Shown here: in pieces, positions 1 to 13,305 of the stretch
Numbering within the stretch: position 1 is the first letter of the stretch
Layout of the letters: each line of letters starts with the position of its first letter
Assembly: GCF_964355755.1 (NCBI RefSeq)
Contig: NC_092680.1
Location: 21,523,045-21,587,044 of the forward strand
Source: Antedon mediterranea
Lineage: Eukaryota; Animalia; Echinodermata
Direction of reading: 5' to 3'
Length of the DNA stretch: 64,000 nucleotides
The notes under the pieces: generated by a model
Database searches by the model: none
Seen by the model: only the letters and a program-made list of their open reading frames with translations
What the model was told of the DNA's origin: nothing
Position numbers and translations under genes: made by a program

Positions 1-801
1 ACAGTGATTCATTTACTATTGGTAATCCTTGGCCACATGTGTCTAAAGGCATAAAATATAAAATATATATATAAAATATTCAGAATGGTAGAGGTATTTT
101 ACTCGAACTAAGGCTATTCTGGTAAGCGGTAACCAGCGAGGTGTTTTCACAAATGTCATTCTATGGCATATGGTTCGTAGACACTATTTCTAGCTCCATA
201 CAATAGCATTAGAATGACCTATCAAATGGTAACTCATCGAGAAAAACAAGAGAAAACACCAACACGTATTATTAGATCAATAGGCCTAAAAGTAACATTT
301 TATCTCTAATTTTATCACAGTTTCCCGTTGTGAAAGCGCTCCCTGGGGAACAACCACTGCGAGGAATAGTTATAAATAGGGCTAATGCTAAGTAGGCCTA
401 GGCCTAGATATCGGACAGAGGAGGATAATAAAGCAGTTTACAATTCATTCTTGATGACTTGTCACGTATAGGTACCTGTAGAACAAAAGACGTGTCTGAT
501 TTCTAGTAAATAATTGATGCCAAGAAATGGAAAGTCGTTAATACTCAAACTAAGTTGTATTGAATTCACCAATGGGAGCAATTGAAAAGATTCTCTGCCA
601 CGCGACCATTTTTTAATGAGTCCATTCAAGGCGGATCAACGTATAAGTCTGGCCTCGATTTCATTCAATTTCTCAACTTCATTAAGCTTAAGCTATAGTG
701 CCGTGTATATTAAAGGGGGCCAATTGAGTCAAATATGCCACGCAACCAAATATACGGTACCACTGGGTAAAAAAGAATTGCTGCGAGCGCTATTGGACTA
801 A

Positions 802-921
802 AGCTCTGTCTACACTATCAAACTTTATGTGACAACAAAATTTGATGTGCTCTTATATCAATACCATATTTGGGCACATCACACTTTTTTTTTGTCAAAC
901 TAGTTGATAGTAGACAGAGAT
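802..921. mobile_element. PIF/Harbinger-like MITE family A, copy 1
   Basis: Starts AGCTCTGTCTACACTATCAAACT and ends AGTTGATAGTAGACAGAGAT (imperfect TIR). Flanked by TAA and TTA. Internal CCATATTTGGGCACATCAC motif is shared with six other copies. Confidence 0.75.
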
Positions 922-1597
922 TTAGAATAGTGACGGTCAACACTAATATTATATCATGGTTTATGTATTTCCCTGGTCAATCATCAGGACCTACTCCAAC
1001 GTAACTTATACGAAACAATTACAGAAAGAACAAAACCAACAAAATGTTATCTCCAGAATAATTAATAATAATATTATCACGATCTACTACTACTACGAAC
1101 GTTCATGATCAGTGTATGAATCCACTCATTAAGTGCCTCAAAAGTTCAAAACACTATATTCTAGAATAATAATACTATATAAACAAAATCAAGCAATTAA
1201 TTATTCTCGTTCATGAAAGACACGAATTTGGATGTGATTCCATTTCAACGACACGATCCGTCATTTAAATGAGTTTTCTCCCGACTGAATAGGGTCGATT
1301 TTTGTAATTATAAAGTTAAATATTCTCACATCTAAGAGCAGCTATTGTTATGAAGCAATTCGGTGAGTAAATATTTAACAAGGCTGACCTGTATATAGTG
1401 GCTAGATACTGAGATACCGTCAAGTACCCACGCGACAACGGTAATGTACTGCCACGCTCTATACGTCAATTCCCTAGTCACGTGACGGATACCGCTTGTC
1501 AATCTGTCTCATTTAAGCTAACGACATCTTTTTCACAGGGTTGAGACATTAGTGACAAGAGGAAGATGGGACTATGGCGATAATCATTGTGATAAAA

Positions 1598-2056
1598 TAA
1601 TGATGATGATGATGACGATGAGGATGACGATAATGATGATGATGTTGAGGATGTCGATGATGATGATGATGATGACGATGAGGTTAATGCTGATGATGAC
1701 GATGATGATTATGATGAGGATGTCGATGATGATGATGATGACGATGATGATTATGATGAGGATGTCGATGATGATGTCGATGAGGATGATGATGCTGATG
1801 AGGATGATGATGCTGATGATGATGACGATGATGATTATGATGAGGATGATGATGCTGATGATGACGATGAGGATGAGGATGATGATGACGACGACAACGA
1901 TGATGATGACAATGAGGATGATGATGATTACAATGAGGATGATGATGACGACGATGATGATGATGACAATGAGGATGATGATGATTACAATGATGACGAG
2001 GACGACGACGATGACGACGACGATGATAACAATGATAACAATGAAAATAATGATGG
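1598..2056. repeat. Degenerate (GAT)n microsatellite
   Basis: About 460 bp of GAT/GAC/GAG/AAT triplets; source of the poly-Met and poly-Ile ORFs. Confidence 0.95.
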
Positions 2057-3356
2057 TTGTGTTGTTGGTGGCGCTGATGGTTGGGATGATGGCAATGGTC
2101 ATGTAATGGAAAATGAAAATATTAATTAAAAAAAAGTTCACGCTCCCCAGGCCACTGGTTTGTTTTTATTTTTCGGTCGTAACCTTTAAATTCATTTGCG
2201 TTGAAAATGATAAATTAGCCAACAAGTTCAGTACAAGATTGGTAGATAAAATGGCATTACAAGCATCAACATACGCCACCACTCGACCGATAACAATATT
2301 GTTCCACTTATTTCGTATTTGTGTAGCTGTCATCTGTGTAGTTATGATTTTAAATTATACAGTTTTTGATAGATATAGTATCTATAATATCTCTATGGTT
2401 TGGCTGTTCGTTATCTGAAGTTGTATACAATACAAGGATACAGGATATTATAGTCCTCTAACATGAGATCAAGATTAACCTGTTTCTTTGGTTGTCTTCC
2501 TGATACATTTTTAAATGTTACTTATAGGCCTATAGTTTTGTTTTGTTATATTTATTGTGGCTCAAATAAATGTTTTTCTTGTAGGTCTATAAAAAGTTCA
2601 AATGTAGGTAGCCATTGCTGGTGTACACACCTAAGAACAGGTTATACTTAACAACACTATCCGTTATAAATGGGCCACGCGACACACCGGCCGCTCAAAC
2701 TAGATCTGACCAATCACATGTCGTCTTTTACAATCGAACTTTTCCTCAATGAATTATGGAAAAAAGAGTTTTGTAAAGGTGTAAAGAAATTCACGACACT
2801 AAAGTAAGAAAATAATTCTAAAGGGGTATAGCAAAAAAAGACAATAGAGTTGTGCCTTGGCTATAATCTACATTGTTGGATTCGCGTGGCAATGAGTGCT
2901 AATTATTTAGGCATCTGTTTGCATGCCTTGCCTATATTGTGTCATGCTAAGATTAAGAGGAGGGTTTGCTTAAAACCAGGGGTTAATACATCAAACTGAA
3001 TGCTTAACCCGAGAAGTACCAGTGCATTAGTTATTTATTGTTGCTAGGCAGATTTTCATAACACATTAATAAATATCGGATCCTGCACGATGATGGTTGG
3101 AGCCTTATTTTTGTATGTGCCTTTCGGTCTACCAGTACCAGCAATTTAAAAAACACGAATAAATTAGTTTAAACTTCTGAAAAATTATTTTGAATACTAA
3201 GAAAATCTACCTGGATGTACACAATATTTAAAAACAATATTACTTGAGGCTTAGCATGCCCTTATGTTGATGCAAATGCTATATAAATGTAATAGGCCTA
3301 CTAGAACCGTATACGTGGAGGGGGAACTCTTTCTTAATTGTATAATAAAACTGTAA

Positions 3357-3464
3357 AGTGTGGTTTCCACCAATCACAAGCGACATTTTGATTGGTTAAA
3401 TTCTTGCGGCGCGCTTACGTTCTTGCGTTGCGTCCTTGTCGTGCGTTCAAGTGTGAATCGAGCT
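3357..3464. mobile_element. Possible Harbinger-like MITE relic
   Basis: TAA on both sides (3354-3356, 3465-3467). Weak TIR similarity (AGTGTGGTTTCCAC vs AGCTCGATTCACAC, 8/14) and internal TTGCG repeats. Confidence 0.3.
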
Positions 3465-4736
3465 TAATAATGGAGATTTTATTTTCAATATGAACAAATA
3501 AAGTATTGATGTTAAGTACGTTTGGAGGAGGTAAAGTTTGTCAATCAAGTACGCGAATTGTGATGTATATTGCACCACCTGGTGATTTACTAAAGAAACC
3601 TCAAAGGTAGTATAAAAGAGGTGGTATGTCAGTAAAGTTGTTAGGTACATAATAACACACTTATCCCCCTGTGGCACTCTCGCGTGCCGCTGGATTATCC
3701 TCCAAAATGGCTTTTAACGGATTTTGGCATTTCTATACACTACAACGTTTTACTTGAATAGCACAGCTTATGCCGTTATAATGATTAAGTGTATCTCAAA
3801 TAACTATATAAGCCTTCTTCCGAGTTAAACAAAAATGGCGTCGAGTTTTTATACAAAAATGATTTAAAGACAAACTGAAAATGTGAAATGTTAGCGGAAA
3901 TTGAACATAATATAACATCATACTATGCTTATTAGTGTTGCTGGGTTGTGTTCTTAGTACCGTACTTAATATAAAATTAATCTCAAGAAACATAACAGTT
4001 TCTTTGCTGTTTGTGGTAACCTTGTCGCCGAATAATCTCAAGTGGCCAACAGATACGATATGTAGGACTCCATGTTGTAGTTTACTTTATAATAACGTGT
4101 TTATTTCGAGTCGTAAGGTCAAGTTACATCCGGGACATATTATCACAATTACTTATCAATACCCCAAGCGTCTCATTTAAAAATTATCTCCATGACAACT
4201 ATAGTAATTTCTTTAGCAAAAAAATACAATATTCAAACACTGCATTGGTCCAAAGTACGGTAACAAACAAGAGCGCTTTTTTATTGCGATACCTAAATTT
4301 ACATTTATTTACTCAAATACGTGAATAAACATTATTCGGCGTGGGTACACTTGTAGGTGAGTGCTTGCTATCTCTTATATGGACCTAGGCCAAATATCAA
4401 CTTTGTCGTCTGCAAACAGAACTTGAACGCGAACGGCACGCGACGGCGCGTGCTTGGCCTATCAATTGGGTCACGCTTTGCTTTGGTAGTAAACGTTTCG
4501 GCGCTTTTAAGAGGAAAGGTCTGTTCCGGTATCTAAAGTAGACCTATTATGTAGTAAGTTAAGATAATCATGGAGGTATCCATGAGATAATATAGCACTT
4601 CACCTGAGAATAATAAGTCAATACAAACAGGTGCTTAATGTGGCTCCATATCGTAAGGTAAAATCTTAAGCGTGGTGGTTTGGGGTAAGGTGGGGAGAAT
4701 GTAGGCCGCGCCTGCAGAGTGTCGTCATACAATATT

Positions 4737-4822
4737 ACGAGTGCAACTCAAAAGAGAGAGAACAATTTGAGAATTCTGATTTAAATCTCAAAATGTGTCT
4801 CTTTATTTGGAGTTGCACTCGT
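4737..4822. repeat. Imperfect 86-bp palindrome (foldback/MITE-like)
   Basis: ACGAGTGCAACTC...GAGTTGCACTCGT are perfect 13-bp ends, with imperfect pairing continuing inward to TTTGAGA/TCTCAAA. Confidence 0.75.
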
Positions 4823-6587
4823 CTTATGTTATTCACAAAATATTCCGTGTATATTGTGATATTTTAAAATTATCATTTGAGATGACCAGTTGTCCTCGGA
4901 CCTTTGAGATGTCCAGGTGTCCTCGGACCTTAACAATTCACATGAACATAATATGCACATGAACACCATGTTTGACATTTATTATTGGAATTAAATTTAA
5001 CTCCTTGTTTTTTGATAAAGGTATTCGATGATGTTTAATTCCAGCATCTCGTCACTTTAATTTCTTAACCGTGTTAAACTAAAAACTAAACACAGTTCAT
5101 TTCAAACTCACAAAATGAACTTTTACTCGTCCGATGACGACGCCAGTGTATGGCTAACTCTTCAAAATGTCTGGACTAACGTATTAAAGATAGACATATT
5201 TACCGCAGGTATTTTATCGTTTATATAACTATTGTAATAATATGATATAATGCACGTCACCTTTGACCCTGATAATGATTATACCACAATGATGTGAGGA
5301 TGATAATGATAATAACACGAATAATAATTATGATAGCACCAATTGGCCCTATAACATGAAGAGATGATGAGTAGTTCGCGTGCCGTGATGACAATCAAAT
5401 TAAATTGAGTTAAAGGTAATTTTGAGTTGACGATAAGAATTTACCAAGAAGGTACGGTTAGTGTCACATCCGTTGTACTTTATTCTTTTGAAAAACGGTT
5501 GTACTTATATCATTAGCGGTATGTATCACACAAACACATTCAGGTTGGTAAAGTACGGGTCCCCCTGAATGTTTTTTCGGTTAAAAATGAGGACACGACT
5601 GAGCAAGTGAGGACGGTTTGCCAACATTACTTAACCAATAAACACGCTAAGTTTATTTAACACCCAATTTTAAAAACACAACAATGTAGACACTTTTAAT
5701 AAAAATAAGCCTATTTTGTATGACGATGTGCACGAATATTGTATATACTGGCATTTTAGTCTCAATGAGGTTTTATTAATAGACCAACTGGTATAAAACC
5801 ACAACAATGACAGAAAAGAAGAAAAACAATTTTTGAATAAAAACAACTTCTGGGCGAGTAACTGTTTACGTCAGAAAAGTCTTGAGCATGTGGCATGCAT
5901 TGTCAAGTTCTTATGAATTTTTTTATAATTCTAATAATGTTTAAAAAAAGGTGGACGATACCATTTATTGTATAATAGTTTTAATAATCATTTCTGAACT
6001 TCAATTACTTGTTTTTCATCAAATAATTAATTTAATAAAATAAATAATATAGGCCTAGTAATAACATCGCCTTATCTAGATTATATTAATTATTATTATA
6101 TTAAAATACAAACGTACAACCACTATCAAGTTCTTTGTTTTTTCGTAATCCCTTCTGAAATATTAATCAACAGGTTAATTGATCAATACACCTTTAAATA
6201 AAACAAAAAGCAGGTTTATAACAATCGATATTGGTAGGATTAAAATGAATTTGATCAATAGAGCTATTGAATACAATATCACGTCTGCACGAATCATCAT
6301 ACTGTTTTTATCTCTCGATGATCGATAACATTCAATAATCATGATGAGTCAATCAAATACAGGTACATCAAACAAAGAGAAACATGAAAAATAAAAATCA
6401 CAAATTAAAACATGAGGTTTTTGAATATGAAATCATGATCTTACGATGAAAGTACCCTCTGCGTTGTATAATAGTCAACAACGCTACGGAAAAACATTTT
6501 ACGTGCGGGTTAATAGGTTGACAAAAATGGTACGCGCGGCAACTCAATGGTATCAGTGGCAAAATAGATTGAGAGCGATTATCTTAA

Positions 6588-6752
6588 TTATAGATAATGA
6601 TAATGATGAAGATGATTGATGATAATGATGATTATGATGATGACGATGACAATTATGATGATAAATATGATGATGATCATGATGATGAAGATGATAATGA
6701 TGATGATAATTATAATCATGATCATCATAATGATCATGATGACGGTGATGAT
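6588..6752. repeat. Degenerate (GAT)n microsatellite
   Basis: GAT/AAT/CAT triplet run. Confidence 0.9.
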
Positions 6753-6860
6753 ACCATTTGTGAACTGTTTTATGACATGTGATGCAGAATAAATAAAATA
6801 AAAAGACATTGATAAAATATTTTTTCGTCGTCATAGGCCTAAAGTGTCCGTTCAAAGGTG

Positions 6861-6970
6861 AAGGTGTATAAATCCTCCGTTATTCATGTTATCAATTCCA
6901 GCATCTTTGTTATGTAAAGGTGTATAAATCCTCCGTTATTCATGTTATCAATTCCAGTATCTTTGTTATT
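6861..6970. repeat. Local tandem duplication (~56 bp, 2 copies)
   Basis: AAGGTGTATAAATCCTCCGTTATTCATGTTATCAATTCCAG(C/T)ATCTTTGTTAT occurs twice. Confidence 0.85.
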
Positions 6971-7409
6971 ATGTAAACAGAATACAATCAAATAATAAAA
7001 AGATATTATAATGTGTAATTTGCCCGAGGGGGAATTCCCTTTTGAATGTTGGCACACCTGCCGAGGAAACAGGAATAGTCGGTACAATGATGGATGTGTA
7101 TTGTTAAATGTACGACATCAACAAAAACATGATAAGCTACCGACATGACGATCCTACAATGATGGGAGGAGGTAATGATAGGATAAAGGATACTCGTGAT
7201 TAACAATTCTAATGATGGCGACAAACTGACGATAAAGATGATGAATTATGACGTCACCACAAACTATGATTTTAATAAACATTAATATGAAAGTAACATA
7301 TTAAATGTGGATAATTGAAACATACGCAGACCCATGTAAAGAATAATTATAAAAAAGTTGAGAACGTAATCTAATTTCTAATTATGCACATATACGTTAT
7401 TAAACCTAA

Positions 7410-7647
7410 AGCTCTGCCTACACTATCAAACTGCATACGATGTGCCCATATATGGACATGATGATGTCATATCACTACCATATTTGGGCATATCACTACC
7501 ATATTTGGGCACATCACACTTTTTTTTGTAAAACAAGTTTGATAGTATAGACAGAGATAAAGGGGCAATCAATATGAATAGTTTCGTGGTATAAGATGGG
7601 CACATCACATTTGTTGTCACATAAAGTGTGATAGTGTAGACAGAACT
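7410..7647. mobile_element. MITE family A, copy 2 (7410-7558) plus an adjacent extra right end (~7595-7647)
   Basis: AGCTCTGCCTACACTATCAAACT...AGTTTGATAGTATAGACAGAGAT, followed by a second terminus GATAGTGTAGACAGAACT-TTA. Confidence 0.75.
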
Positions 7648-7662
7648 TTAAAGCACATGTTG

Positions 7663-7715
7663 CAAACTGGTCCAAACTGGTCCAAACTGGTCCAAACTGG
7701 TCCAAACTGGTCCAA
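7663..7715. repeat. 10-bp tandem repeat (CAAACTGGTC) x5
   Basis: Perfect copies read directly. Confidence 0.95.
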
Positions 7716-8549
7716 TATAAAAACCCGGCTTAGATTAATATATGAAAGATGACGTAATAGAATTATGGTATTGTATATTATTAAAGTAAGAACATTTCTG
7801 GGGAAATATAAGTTTAAGTTGATGTTTGCATCAAACTTCTGATTGTATCTTATGTGTTACTGCCAATTCAGATCAAAGCCAATAGTGACACTAACAAACA
7901 TAATTTCTTGGACATGATTTATATTGTTAATATACATATAAATTTTTTTAAATCGTAGTTTTATGGCGATTTCGATGATACAAATGATATGCCGGTGATG
8001 ATGACGATTATTTTGATGCAGCTTGCGATGAGTTCATAAACTCTGGTTGATATCGAATTAAAAAGGCATTATAAGAATCCATATAAGAATTATACCACCA
8101 TAAATATTGAAGAGACGTTGCGCCCGATTGTCTGCATGAGCATAACTCTATATCACTCAGAGCTAAGAGCTTAGTACCAGTATATTTAGTAAGTACGGAC
8201 CAATCCCGCAGTCTACATCGCTATTAACAGCTCAGCGGCGTACTCGAAGGTACCACAGTAGTGGTAATAAGTATAAGTACTTAAAATAATATGCTGGTAG
8301 AAACAAGTACCTAAGTATGAACACTTTATGGTATACAAATATTGAGCAACCGCGATCGATACGTGCACATAGACCCAAGGAGATTATTGCAGGCCTACTT
8401 TTAAAATAAACGCGTACGTATATAGTAATATTACATTAATGTGCGGTCATTGACATGAAATGTGTACATTAAGTTGATAATCACGCCAAAAGAGCATCAT
8501 TGTTACAATCGTCATTTCTCAGAATCATCTTATAATCTAGACCTACATC

Positions 8550-9155
8550 AAACACTATAACAATTTACATAACACTACCCCACATCATAAACACTAAAGC
8601 CTCATGACACTATACCACCACAAACACTACTCCGCATCATAAACACCATCGCCTCATGACACTATACCATCACAACACTATCATCAGCATCATTAACACT
8701 ATAATAACACCATCATAACACTATCGCCTCATGACACTATAGCATCACAACAATATCACCAGCATCATTAACACTATAATAACACCATCATAACACTATC
8801 GCCATCACAACAATATCACCAGCATCATTAATACTATAATAACACCACCATAACACTATCGCCTCATGACACTATGCCATCACAACATCACCAGCATCCT
8901 TATAACACTAATAACACCAACATACATCCGCATTATCAACATTTAGGCATCATCATCATCACCACTACCATCAACGTTATCGTCACTATTATCACCACTG
9001 CCATTATCCTTGTCATTATCACCACTACCATTTATTATCATCATCGTCATTATCACCATCATTACCTTCATCACCATCATCGTCGTCGTCATTGTCACTA
9101 TAATTACCATTATTATTATTATCATCATCATTATCACCACCATCGCCATTATCAT
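8550..9155. repeat. Degenerate CATAACACTAT-type minisatellite grading into a (CAT)n microsatellite
   Basis: Recurrent AACACTATCGCCTCATGACACTAT and CAGCATCATTAACACTATAATAACACC blocks, then CAT/TAT/CAC triplets at about 8948-9155. Confidence 0.85.
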
Positions 9156-10236
9156 TGATATAACCTGTACTTTAATGAAAATCAAAAGGATAAATTAATT
9201 AACTCGTAGAAGTGTTGAAGTGGGTCTAATAAAGTAAACTCTCACGATGGAAGTTGCCTATAAATTAGTGTAACAACAAAAGCAGTGAATCCCATGGCTC
9301 TCAATTTAGCAAGTTTTGCAGCAACAAATTAAATGTTGTCATTGTTGCACGTAATTATAAATAAGCTGGTTTATCCAATCAAATTGTTTTCAGACATCAG
9401 CATTGTTTAGTTGGATGTATTACATAATTATTATAATTAAATTATTCAGTGTGTCTAATTAATGAACTATTGTATGATACGTAGTCTACTAATTATGACG
9501 AGTCTTTCCCACGATCAAGGAGGATGTCGTCGTCAACAACACGTCATACCTTATTAATTATTTTAATACAAATATATTTTTTATCGATAACGAATGAGAC
9601 ATCCTGTGTTTTTTCTAAAGATTTACATAAAAATAAAGCCATAAATTAAAATGTAAAACGTATAGTTATAAAACACGTGAACTAAATGAGGTGAAAAATT
9701 AGTAAAACTACTGATAGAGACGAGGCAGTTAACTCAGCGTATCCCATGTGGACACAAATTAAATTACGAATTTATAAGATAATCTATAGTTAGTCAGATG
9801 CATTACAAGAGTAATCTATCTTCTATTTTTTACTTGCAGACAACGGTAATTTATTACAGTTTTTAGGTGTAATCTAGGCCTTAGTTCCTCCTCTCCGGAA
9901 CCCATCCTTTTGCACCTGTTTTGTGTGGTTCCGTCAAATGCAATGACGATGCGAACACAAATGTCAATCCACACTCTGATTATGTACCCATTAAAGATTT
10001 TAGAAGATAGAAGAAGGACCCCGCCCTCTCTTCCCCTTTCAAGGGGCATAGATTTCCACCAGACTTTAGATCAAGTTAAAATATGTAAAGACTTGTACTA
10101 CATGACATGTTAAGAGAAACATACTGTGGAAATAAAAGTGGAAATAAAAGACAAAAAAGTTCATTTTAAAATTAAACCCACCAACAGTTAGAAAGGATGC
10201 AATCGTGTTTTCGATCAAATTATAAATAGAATAGAA

Positions 10237-10384
10237 AATGTAAATTCTGTATCTTTCCATACAGTTCATTATAATACTAGCTAGAATGTAAAATCTGTAT
10301 CTTCCCATACAGTTCATTATAATACTAGCTAGAATGTAAAATCTGTATCTTCCCATACAGTTCATTATAATACTAGCTAGAATG
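10237..10384. repeat. 48-bp tandem repeat x3
   Basis: Unit AATGTAAAATCTGTATCTTCCCATACAGTTCATTATAATACTAGCTAG; gives the 16-aa repeat in ORF 10066..10365. Confidence 0.95.
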
Positions 10385-10765
10385 ATATATAGACAGATTT
10401 ACTTTCGTATTTCATTCAGAGTTTCTGTCTCCAAAAATACAATAGAAATGAAAATGTTGAGGGATTTGAATTAAATTATTAAATTGAATGTAAACCAAAC
10501 AATAATGGGGGCTTGTGGGAATTAGGCAGCCTTGTCAAGTTGTGGTTTGAATGCACAGTTGGTGTTGGTCCCATCAACTCTCAATATTTAATACAGCGTT
10601 TCCTCTACATACCTCCTGGGCATTCAATGTATTACACTATTGCTTTCTATACATTATTACCACATGCAAATAATCAAATACCAAGGTAGATATTGTGCAG
10701 TAATTCACTCGCACTCTTCTTTTTTTTAGATGCTCTGTATACAAACATTTGAACGGAGTTCTAGG

Positions 10766-10985
10766 TCAAGATCGTAGGGGCGTAGCAGATACAGTGCCCT
10801 TCCATCTTCGTCGGTATTTGGCGGAGTCCAGAAGCTGGTAGAATGGAATGTTTGTCCATTGATGTTATCCCTCATTCCGTCATTCTGGGATGGTTTCGTT
10901 TTATTTCCTCAGATCCCACTCTTGTGCAGTAATGGAGTTCTTGCAATAAATTATTTAGGCTACTGAGGCACCATGTTTAACATAA
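10766..10985 (-). mobile_element. RTE-clade LINE 3' end fragment (decayed ORF C-terminus)
   Basis: Minus-strand translation with frameshifts: HPRM..RDNI / WTNIPFYQLLDSAKYRRRWKGTVSATPLRS*. This resembles the RTE C-terminal pattern GRPRxxWxDxIxEWT...AxDRxxWR. Confidence 0.55.
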
Positions 10986-12060
10986 GAACCGCTCCTGTAG
11001 GACACCCTCATGCAGGAGACCCCCTTTATTGGGGAGGAGGAGGAGACACCCCTATTTTAAGCGAATACTTTTTCTGTGGTACGAACGAGGGACAATATAA
11101 GCTTTTTGTTTAAAAATCAATTTTCATTTTTTTGTTTTCAGTTGTTTATATTTTAGTAATTAATATTTTTCATTAATTTCAGAAATAATTTTGGTTTTGT
11201 TGTATCAACTTGTGCAATGACACTCATAATTAACAAAAGAATGAGAATGTTTTGATTGGTTATATCACAAGAGGTGGAATTTGTGAGTGTGTACAAATAT
11301 CATGTTATATGAGATTAGTAAAACACAGGTGTTTCTGTATGATATATATATTATCTTATTTTATTGTTTTTTATTGCTTAATGATTGTAATTTGTTACCT
11401 GAGTCTTTTTCTATTGTATTGTTGCAATGCTTGTACTTCCATTGGTGCATAATATATGCAACCAATCAATCCTTTAGTGCACAAATATTGAGAGATGTGC
11501 ATTATAGTACCAATACTCAGCAATGTTAACAGTTGATAGACTTGTTATCATTATATTACATTTTGCCAGACAAGCATAATTTCATCAGTAATGCCTGCAC
11601 TGTTTAAAATGCACTGAAACGATAACATACCCTGGCAACAATGTGTGTTGTTGACTGGACACAGTATGTGGCAACTAAAGACTAAGAAATAGAGCATAAT
11701 ATGTACATGAATACAAACCAATTTATGTTCTGATAGCTTCTGCAAAAACATCAAGCATCATGGTGGTAGCAAAAGTTAACAAACATATTATATTGGTGTG
11801 TATGTAAACTCACATGATATGTTCCATTGCTTTTCAGTTTTTGGTTCCACAAAGTGTAAAAAGTCAAGTTTACACACATTCAGGATGATGTTCATTTTGA
11901 AAGGAATAATGTAGAATTATTAGCATTAATAAAGAACATTTTATTTCCATATAAAAAATATACAGAAATTCATGATGCAATAAAAGTTACAAAAATGCTA
12001 CAAAATGACACTAAAATAATTGCTGCAAAATGTTGTTCTCGGTGGCAAAAGATTCCAGAT

Positions 12061-12130
12061 CTACTCAAATTGGAGGAATCGTGTAAAGGATGGGTAGGAA
12101 TCGTCTTTCATTATCTTGTGAGGAGGAAAG
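12061..12130 (-). CDS. Candidate terminal coding exon of an unidentified minus-strand gene
   Basis: Acceptor TTTAATTTCACCAG (CAG at 12133-12131). Reads LSSSQDNERRFLPILYTIPPI* or FPPHKIMKDDSYPSFTRFLQFE* depending on phase. Followed by AT-rich UTR-like sequence with AATAAA near 11945. No homology recognised. Confidence 0.3.
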
Positions 12131-13155
12131 CTGGTGAAATTAAACATTTTAGATTATAGATTTTATAAATCAAAAACGTTTTTTTTTTGTAAGACCTTGA
12201 CTATACCAAGGTAAAATTTATTGGATGTTTACTAAAAAATATAAAAACAAATTCTGTGACCCTGGGGCTGAAAGGAATCATTGTATAAGTACCAACTAAC
12301 ATCCCTATTAAGCATTCAAAAACCCCAGATATAAAAAAACACAATTAAATTGACCACAATGTATGTTAGCAGCAGCTGGTGCCTTCTATTGTACCAGGTA
12401 CACTATACCCCACCAAGCCTTAACAACATCACCACAAAAATAACCAAATAATACAGCTACTATATAATGTTATTTGCTAATTATTGAATAGGTTGAAGTA
12501 TTTTGTGGTATAATTCAGAGTGTTATAAGGCAATACTGACAAGGTTATGGCTATTAACATTTAAACTTGCAGCCATCTGGTACCCTTATCATTTTCACAT
12601 GAATGTACAAGATGGGACAGATCATAACTCATTTCATTCACTACTGCCTTGTCACTAAAATAATAATTTTCAAATTGTAGGCCTAGATATTATTGCTTAA
12701 GTAAAACATTCCCAGAGGTATACAATGGAGTGTGTGGGGCTATGCCAGGCCGGCTGCTTTTTTACAATGAGAGCAAGTCTGTATCAACATAATTTAACAC
12801 TTGAATACATACGTGAGAATACACAGGTGCGATTACAACACCTATCACAACTTGCACCACACAAATCTTTATTTACTATTTCCTCATCGTGGGATAGTTT
12901 GATAATTAATTAACATGTTAAGTTCTGTAACTTTTTTTAATAGACCAGTGAAATTCTTCTCTATTGTTTAATAGTTTCATTATTGTTTTAGTTTTCTAGT
13001 TTTAATTTAATATTCTTGGTATACTTTGTTTGGATTTCTATGGACTATAAATGAAAATTACAATTGGTAGCAAACACCTTTTATATCCTTTCATATTTCT
13101 ATCACAAGAAGAAAGTGAAAATAAAATTAAATGTTAAATGTTTGCAAAGAACTTA

Positions 13156-13305
13156 CGCTCTGTCTACACTATCAAACTAGTTTGACAAAAAAAAAGTGTG
13201 ATGTGCCCAAATATGATAGTGATATGCCCAAATATGGTAGTGATATGTCATCATCATGTCCATATATGGGCACATCACATAAAGTTTGATAATGTAGGCA
13301 GACCT
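13156..13305. mobile_element. MITE family A, copy 3 (opposite orientation to copy 1)
   Basis: TTA-CGCTCTGTCTACACTATCAAACT...AGTTTGATAATGTAGGCAGACCT-TTA; TTA on both sides. Confidence 0.8.

Noticed and set aside
1552-2141. Long poly-Met, poly-Ile and poly-Asp reading frames
   Set aside because: By-products of a (GAT)n microsatellite. The Asp frame has stops just upstream and no start, and similar tracts recur at 6.6, 9.0 and 23 kb.
8874-9198. His-rich and Ile-rich ORFs
   Set aside because: Translations of (CAT)n low-complexity sequence.
9849-10140. ~88-codon plus-strand open frame with an upstream AG and downstream AATAAA
   Set aside because: No recognisable domain and ambiguous acceptors; cannot be supported as an exon without RNA data.
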